Below are positions 58,203 through 64,000 of a stretch of 64,000 nt of DNA, one piece after another (within the stretch, counting starts at the first letter, position 1; each line of letters starts with the position of its first letter). The DNA is taken from contig RHPI01003642.1 of NCBI GenBank assembly GCA_009103225.1, positions 859,099 through 923,098 on the forward strand. The letters are read 5' to 3'. The translations under genes were made by a program, and so were the position numbers. Origin of the DNA: Chlorokybus atmophyticus (lineage: Eukaryota; Plantae; Mesostigma and Chlorokybus algae). The notes beneath the pieces are model-generated. The model searched no databases and had not been told where the DNA came from. It worked only from the letters and a program-made list of their open reading frames with translations.

Positions 58203-61200
58203 TCAATCCAACTCCTCCATGCTGGTGCCTGCATATTCTCCTGCTGTAGCTCCAGGGTCACCGTTTTCCTGGAAACATAAATGTGTGTGCAAACATACCT
58301 TGGTGGCCACACCCGCTTACACAGAATGATGACACGACGATGATGAATGAGAACGCCATGCCATCCAGAAAACAAAATCTCACCGCATGAGAGCCGCTCA
58401 CCCGCTGACGCTTGGCTGGCGAGCCAGATAGGTACGCATCACTCAAAGGTCTTGGCGTTCCCATTGCGGCCTGCGCCTGCAAATCCCTCGCCACCACTGC
58501 ATTCCATTCCCTGCGCTCCTCCTGCGAGAGTCGCCACAGTAATGTAAGTTTTTAAGTCACATGACTAGCACTTGGTTAAGTGCCTAGCTGCAGACAAGCA
58601 AAGTGCTCGCCAGCAAATGCATGCTTGATGTATTGACTGATACAGCTAACACAGTAGCCTGCTGTCAAGCGGTTTAGCACCTCTGAAAGTACGCCGTCGG
58701 CATCTTCAGCACTGATGGGTTCGTCTGTTTGGTGCACACCTACCAGATTGTGTCAGCAACCACACATGTACCATGCTGACAAGCAACGAACACATACCTG
58801 CTGGCTGCTGTCGCGTTGACTGCGCTTGAGTGTTGTTAGCATTGCCAAAGAGCTGAGCTACCATAGGCATCATACGAGTCATCATGCTAGACAAGTCAGG
58901 AGCAGCAGTTGATGGATTGGACGCGGATCCTGCTGCTTGCTGCGGCGCCATAAGCTGCTGCATAACACCATCCAAAGCACCGCTATTAACCATCTGCGAG
59001 ACCAGCTGACCAATGTTGCCCCCGGCTGCAGCCGAGCTGGTGGTGGTACTTCCGCCTGTTGTTGGTCCACCTGCACCTAGTGCCTGTGCCAACTGACCTA
59101 CTATATTGCCTAGACCGCCGCCCTGCGCTGAGTTGTTCAAAGCACCGAGCATTTGGCTCAGATCGAGCTGGCCTGATGCCGGCGGCCTCTGTTGCGGCGC
59201 TGTTTGGTGTGGTGGTTGTGTTGGCAGCGGCGGCGGCTGATGTTGTCCGGCTGCACTACTGCCCTGCAGCGCCCGCAATGATTCCATGACTTGCCCCAGA
59301 GCAGCGTTGGTCTGTGAAGGCTGTCCGGCTGCACTGCTGCCCTGCAGCGCCCGCAGTGAGTCCATCACTTGCCCCAGAGCGACGTTTGTCTCTGAAGGTG
59401 CTTGTGCACTGGAAGGTGTGGCTTGGAGAGGCGCACTGCTGGGTGTTGGTTGTGAGGCAGGCTGCAAATGAGGCGCTTCTGGCGCTGCTGCTGATGGTCG
59501 GCGACGCTGTGAGGACAAGCAGTATCAATCAAGGAACGCAAGGGCATCACTGTACTGTAAGGTGTAGGTTAACACCAATAGCTACTCACACTCATCCTCA
59601 TCGGCAGGGCACCAATGCCGAGTCCAGCTGGTTGTTGCGCAGCTGGCTGTGCTGATGCTGCTGCACCTGCTGCTGCTGTTGCTGCTTGAGCCTGAGTTGT
59701 GTTCGTGGTTGCTGGTGCCGTGCTGGCTACAGTTTGAGACGCAGTGCTTGAAGAGGTAAAAACTGCAGTCTGTGTGCCTGTAGCTGATGAGTTCTGCATT
59801 CGGCACATCATTCTGGGCATGAGTAAGCAGCACTGAAGTGCGACACAGCAAACAACCAGCAGAGCAATTGCTGACCATATCGGGAACCCTTCCGAATGCC
59901 ATTGAGATCAGAGGTGCTACAGCACCCAAGACAGCTTGTGCACGTTGTGCGTCGCCACCCAGTTGAGGTGCAGGCGCAGCCCCTAAGTTGCGAGGCGGTT
60001 GGTCAAGGCGGATCAGTACATACGCGGATACAATGCGCAGAGCATGCAATAGAGCCAACTGCAGAACTGCCGCATGCTATACCAAACTATGCACCTGTGC
60101 CTGCTGTCTGTGCTGGTGCTGCTGTAGCTGTGCCTGTGGCAGCACGTGCACCGGTGGCAGACGTACTCACAGCTCCTGTGCTGTCCACCCTAAACACAAA
60201 CGCGGGGCCTGCAACCCCTGGAGTTGCCCCCGCTGGCCGCGGTGCCTGCAATCGTACCATGTTCATGTGCCGCGCGAATTGACCAGCAGTCTGTCAGACT
60301 GGGAGCAGCTTCGAGGACAACAGCACATTCAACAAGAAGTACAAGCGCACCTCAGCACCGGTTGGCACCGCGGGGTTGTCGTTTGGGACTGGGACACCAT
60401 GAGGTGCAACGCCAGCATCTGAAGTCATGGTCTGGATATGAACCGCGATATGGTGGGGCGGATGCGGCATGCCATTGACAGGCGGGTTGAAACCGAACGC
60501 TGCATCCCCAAACGTGATTGGCTGCAAGGAGAAGTAAGATGTCTGTTGATGCCAAGAGAGCGGCAATCCATGCCACAATGCTAGAAACCAGCAAGACAAA
60601 CTGACCATGGGGATGGTGACATGGTTTCCAGCCGGAGCAATGAAAGCGGTAGGCCTGTCTGGTAGAAGTCGCTGTTCCTGCGCACGGGAGAGGGGGATGA
60701 TGTACAAGCAGCTTATGCAGACGATGGTCATTCTGCCATGACCAATTGTAGCATACCGCAGGCGCCATGAGATTGACAGCTGTGGTTGCACGTCCAAGCT
60801 CCAACAACAAAGCACCCAGATACTGTACGATACGCCGCACGCGCTGCAACTCCGATTGTGCGCCTGTTCGCTGGAACACTTCCATGTGCGCTTCATTGCG
60901 CAGGTGCGCACCAGCTCTCTGCAAACACCCCAGAAAACATTGGCACACAATCATGTGGCAGACTATATTCTACGTAGCAAGACTCTACTTACCCCTAATG
61001 CTGCTGCTGCACGACCCACGAGGAGTTGTTCAACTCGAGCCATGAGGTTGCCCAGCTCGCCATATGTTGCCCTGGGAGGTGTGGGTGCGGAAGCAGGGGT
61101 GCTTGCAGGCGCACTCACTGATGGGGCACCTTGCTGGTCTGAACCGGAGGCCGTCGCGGTTTCTGTTGACACTGAAGGAGCTGCAACTGTTGATGTACCG

Positions 61201-62699
61201 GTTGACGCAGTTGTTGCAACCGAACTGTTGGCGGCAGGAATGCCGACTACAACATTCACTGCACCCAAGTTCATAGGAACTGCTCCACTTTGGACCACAA
61301 CTGCAGGTACCCGTACTTCAGGCTGTGTTCCACGTGCTGCTGGCTCTGCTGCAGGAATACTGAAAGGGTCTGCATCGGGTGCCGCATTGCCGGTCTCTGC
61401 CAAGATGTGAGACCCATATAAGAACCAGCCTTCGTATGCATGTAAATCCACCTGGATACATGCTCCTGTCGCTGTCAAGCATGCCATGTGGACCACTGGG
61501 ACACCGTTCTAGGTGACCAAGACACATGAGGCATAAGTGCACAGTCGTAAGCTACACATGGTCTACATGCATGACCCATTCCCACTGCAAACAATTACCT
61601 AGTGCAGTCAGCATGGTCTCAATGGTGTCAACAAACCGGTTCATAGTCACAACAGCGTTCGGCATCGGCTGCAAGCAACAGCGACGGATGAGTCAACCAC
61701 TACGTGGCAACAATTACGACGATTTGCGCGTTATGAGGACATGTGCACAGGTCAGAACTGCCATGCAAGCCTGCAGTATTATCATGCAGTAGCACAACTC
61801 TTGCAGCGCGCAACACCATAGGCGTACCTGGCGATGCACAGCAACACGAGGGTGACCAGAATTCATTGTTCCAGGTGTTGGTGCACCTGCCATGGGCACC
61901 GAAGTTTCAAACTGCACCTGTACTTCACTTAGTTGAACTTGCGGACCTTGCTCGCCACTCTGAGTTGCAGTTCCTGCAGGAGCAGAACCAGCCTACAGCA
62001 ACCATGCCAACAAGTATCAACCAAGATGGTCCCATGAACTCCGCCCTATCGAAGCTTTAAGGAGAAAGCCCTGCTTGACATCTGCCCTCATCCCCACACA
62101 CTGCCAGTGTTCGGCCGAGCCATCAACCACAGATGGCATGATAGATATGTGCGACGACGATGCGACAAGTTTGACAAAGCGTTCGACAAGCTCCATGTAT
62201 GAGTCCTTCCTCGCCACAAAGAAGCCCGGCATAGACCAAGACTTAGAACAGTACTCGACGGACATTGCACATGTACCTGTGCTGCACCAGGTGCTGGCTG
62301 TGTGCCCATCTGATATCCGAGGCCCATGGAGTTCAGCACGCCAGCAACGATCTGTTTGCAGCAAAGAGTCAAACATCTGCGTCGGAGGAACGCAGTCCAC
62401 AAGACTGTTGCATTCCTTCAACGCATTTTCTATGTAGCATAGAAGGGTGGGCGTCAGCCTAAGGGCACAGGTTGATGACGCACCTGGTTGATGTCTGGCA
62501 CACCTGTGTAGTCAGGTATGTTTATTGCACCCATCATGACGCTGTGCTGGACACCGTGGCTCTGCTGCTGGCCAGGCTGCGTTCCAGGTGCAGTCTCCTC
62601 TGTCTGAGTTTGGCTGCCGGGAACTCTCACGACCATATGGATGACATGACCCGTATCTACATCTGCGCACAGATGAATGGTAAGCATACAAAGCTGTGC

Positions 62700-62730
<31 letters not shown>

Positions 62731-63082
62731 TCTGCTAACGACTGTTGGTCTATACTGTAGTCTGCGATGGTGTGTTCATCCTTGAGAACACGTCCTCTGT
62801 ATATCAGCCTCTGGTTAGCGGCGTCCACCTCCGTCAGTGCAGCGACACGCTCCCGCAATTCGGCAACGGCAATCTGGCATGTACGAAGGGTTGGCTACTT
62901 CGCACAGCGTGCATGAGTGCATAACTTTGGCGTTTGTGAACGCATGGACATTGGAAGCAAAGACTTACATGGCGGGGTATCTGAAGCTGGTGTTCTTGAC
63001 CGTCAATCAACTTGACTTTTATGCTTAACTCGTCCTGCTGCACGGAACTTCCCCCAGCGTCGCTACTGCTCTCATTGTTCAT
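58203..63082 (-). CDS. BAG6: BAG6 / CIP73-like ubiquitin-like-domain protein, multi-exon
   Basis: The N-terminal UBL reads LSIKVKLIDGQEHQLQI...ELRERVAALTEVDAANQRLIYRGRVLKDEHTIADY...GHVIHMVVR. A long Ala/Pro/Gln/Thr-rich middle follows. The plant-type C-terminal motif is RPLSDAYLSGSPAKRQR. The last exon (58268-58203) ends GTSMEELD at TGA. Confidence 0.8.
62703..62730. repeat. (AT)14 microsatellite in a BAG6-like intron
   Basis: Direct inspection. Confidence 0.97.
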
Positions 63083-63522
63083 CGCTCTGCAGGTTAGCAC
63101 GTCAAGCAGCATTCACTCAAGGCATCATGTTGAAAGAGAAATATACAAACGCAACAGCACACTCACTGACACTCGATGACCGTGCGTGAAGGTATATGTG
63201 ACATGGAGTAAAGCAGAAACAACTGATCTTACTTGCGTAAACACTGTACGCGTTGAAAAATGACAGCAAGTGCAAGGCCTCCAGGCCAACTGCAACAAGC
63301 ATGCAACAAGCCACTCAACGCATGCTTGCCTGTCCAACCACGTACCCTGTTTCCCGTAATTGAACCTCACAGGACTTTTGTTGATACTTCCAAACCCCAA
63401 AGATCCCGATCGCAGGTGAACCAGCCAATAACGGTACACTCTACGGCCACCCCACGCCAAGCACGCCGCCGCCTGCTCCTTGTCCTCCTTCACGACATGC
63501 GGGAGGAGCGCTGAGCGCTGCG

Positions 63523-63539
63523 TTTAGGGTTTAGGGTTT
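63523..63539 (-). promoter_or_regulatory. Telo-box-like interstitial telomere motif (AAACCCTAAACCCTAAA on the minus strand)
   Basis: TTTAGGGTTTAGGGTTT on the plus strand, in the divergent interval between the BAG6-like and MOT2-like genes. Confidence 0.6.
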
Positions 63540-63932
63540 CGAGATCAGTGATATCGCTGAGAATTATGTATCTGCCATGTTTTGAATATCGGTTAGCACG
63601 TAGATCGACGAACCAAACCGCAAGTGTCGACCGTCGACGTGTCAACTACCACGTGGACAGTTGCAGTTGCCGCCTGCTTGCATAAGCTTACACACAGTCT
63701 GTGACACAGACACAACAGTCTTGCTTGCTTGTTTGCTTGCTCGGTCCGCGATCTGCTTGTAGTGGCTGCTACCACAAGTGCACAGCTTGCGGCAAGCGTA
63801 ACTGTGAACAATGTTGGCAGAGCTTGAGTCAAGCCGCTTAATGCTATGTTGAAGCTGTTGACAGTTTGGTGCTAGCTTGATCTGTTGCAGTGCTGTGCAG
63901 TTTAGTGCAGTGCATTCTTTGATTTTTCAGCC

Positions 63933-64000
63933 ATGGACGCCTTCTATGTAGTAGCGTTCGGCTTCCTGCTGCTGGTGTGCGTCGGCCTGGAGTTGGGCAA
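63933..64000 (+). CDS. MOT2: 5' end of a probable molybdate-anion transporter (MOT2/MFSD5 family), runs off the window
   Basis: MDAFYVVAFGFLLLVCVGLELG resembles the remembered N-terminus of plant MFSD5/MOT2 proteins (MEVFYYLVFG...LELSK). Only 22 codons are visible. Confidence 0.55.
   Translation, partial: MDAFYVVAFGFLLLVCVGLELG

Noticed and set aside
62017-62275. Coding-looking ORF inside a BAG6-like intron
   Set aside because: It has no recognisable motif, and the flanking exons splice around it sensibly. It is treated as intron sequence.

Overview
This is eukaryotic nuclear DNA, most likely from a green-lineage alga. It has many short GT-AG introns, uses the standard genetic code and carries a TTTAGGG-type telo-box; the taxon is an inference. 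Two gene-dense flanks surround a ~30-kb transposon island (~24.7-54.7 kb). The left flank holds the 3' ~11.6 kb of an ATR kinase gene (+), a TRIP4/ASC-1-type zinc-finger gene (-) head-to-head with a GTG/GPR89 gene (+), and a secreted multidomain GH79 glycosidase (-). The right flank holds a probably plastid-targeted EF-hand protein (+), a BAG6/CIP73-like UBL protein (-), and the first codons of a probable MOT2/MFSD5 transporter (+). The island is a nest of elements: a pogo-like end with a MITE inside it, a Gypsy-like gag relic, two solo LTRs, a ~13.5-kb candidate CACTA element containing a degenerate Copia and a 515-bp TRIM with 89-bp LTRs, and a 2.2-kb pogo/Fot1-like element. The most notable observations are the TRIM, an Hsp90-like MEELD C-terminus on the BAG6-like protein, the GH79 domain architecture, a CBP1/MEE14-like domain fused to EF-hands, and one 57-bp repeat shared by three putative introns of the CACTA element. 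All gene models were read by eye and no database searches were run. Family assignments come from remembered motifs, and internal exon boundaries need RNA-seq confirmation.
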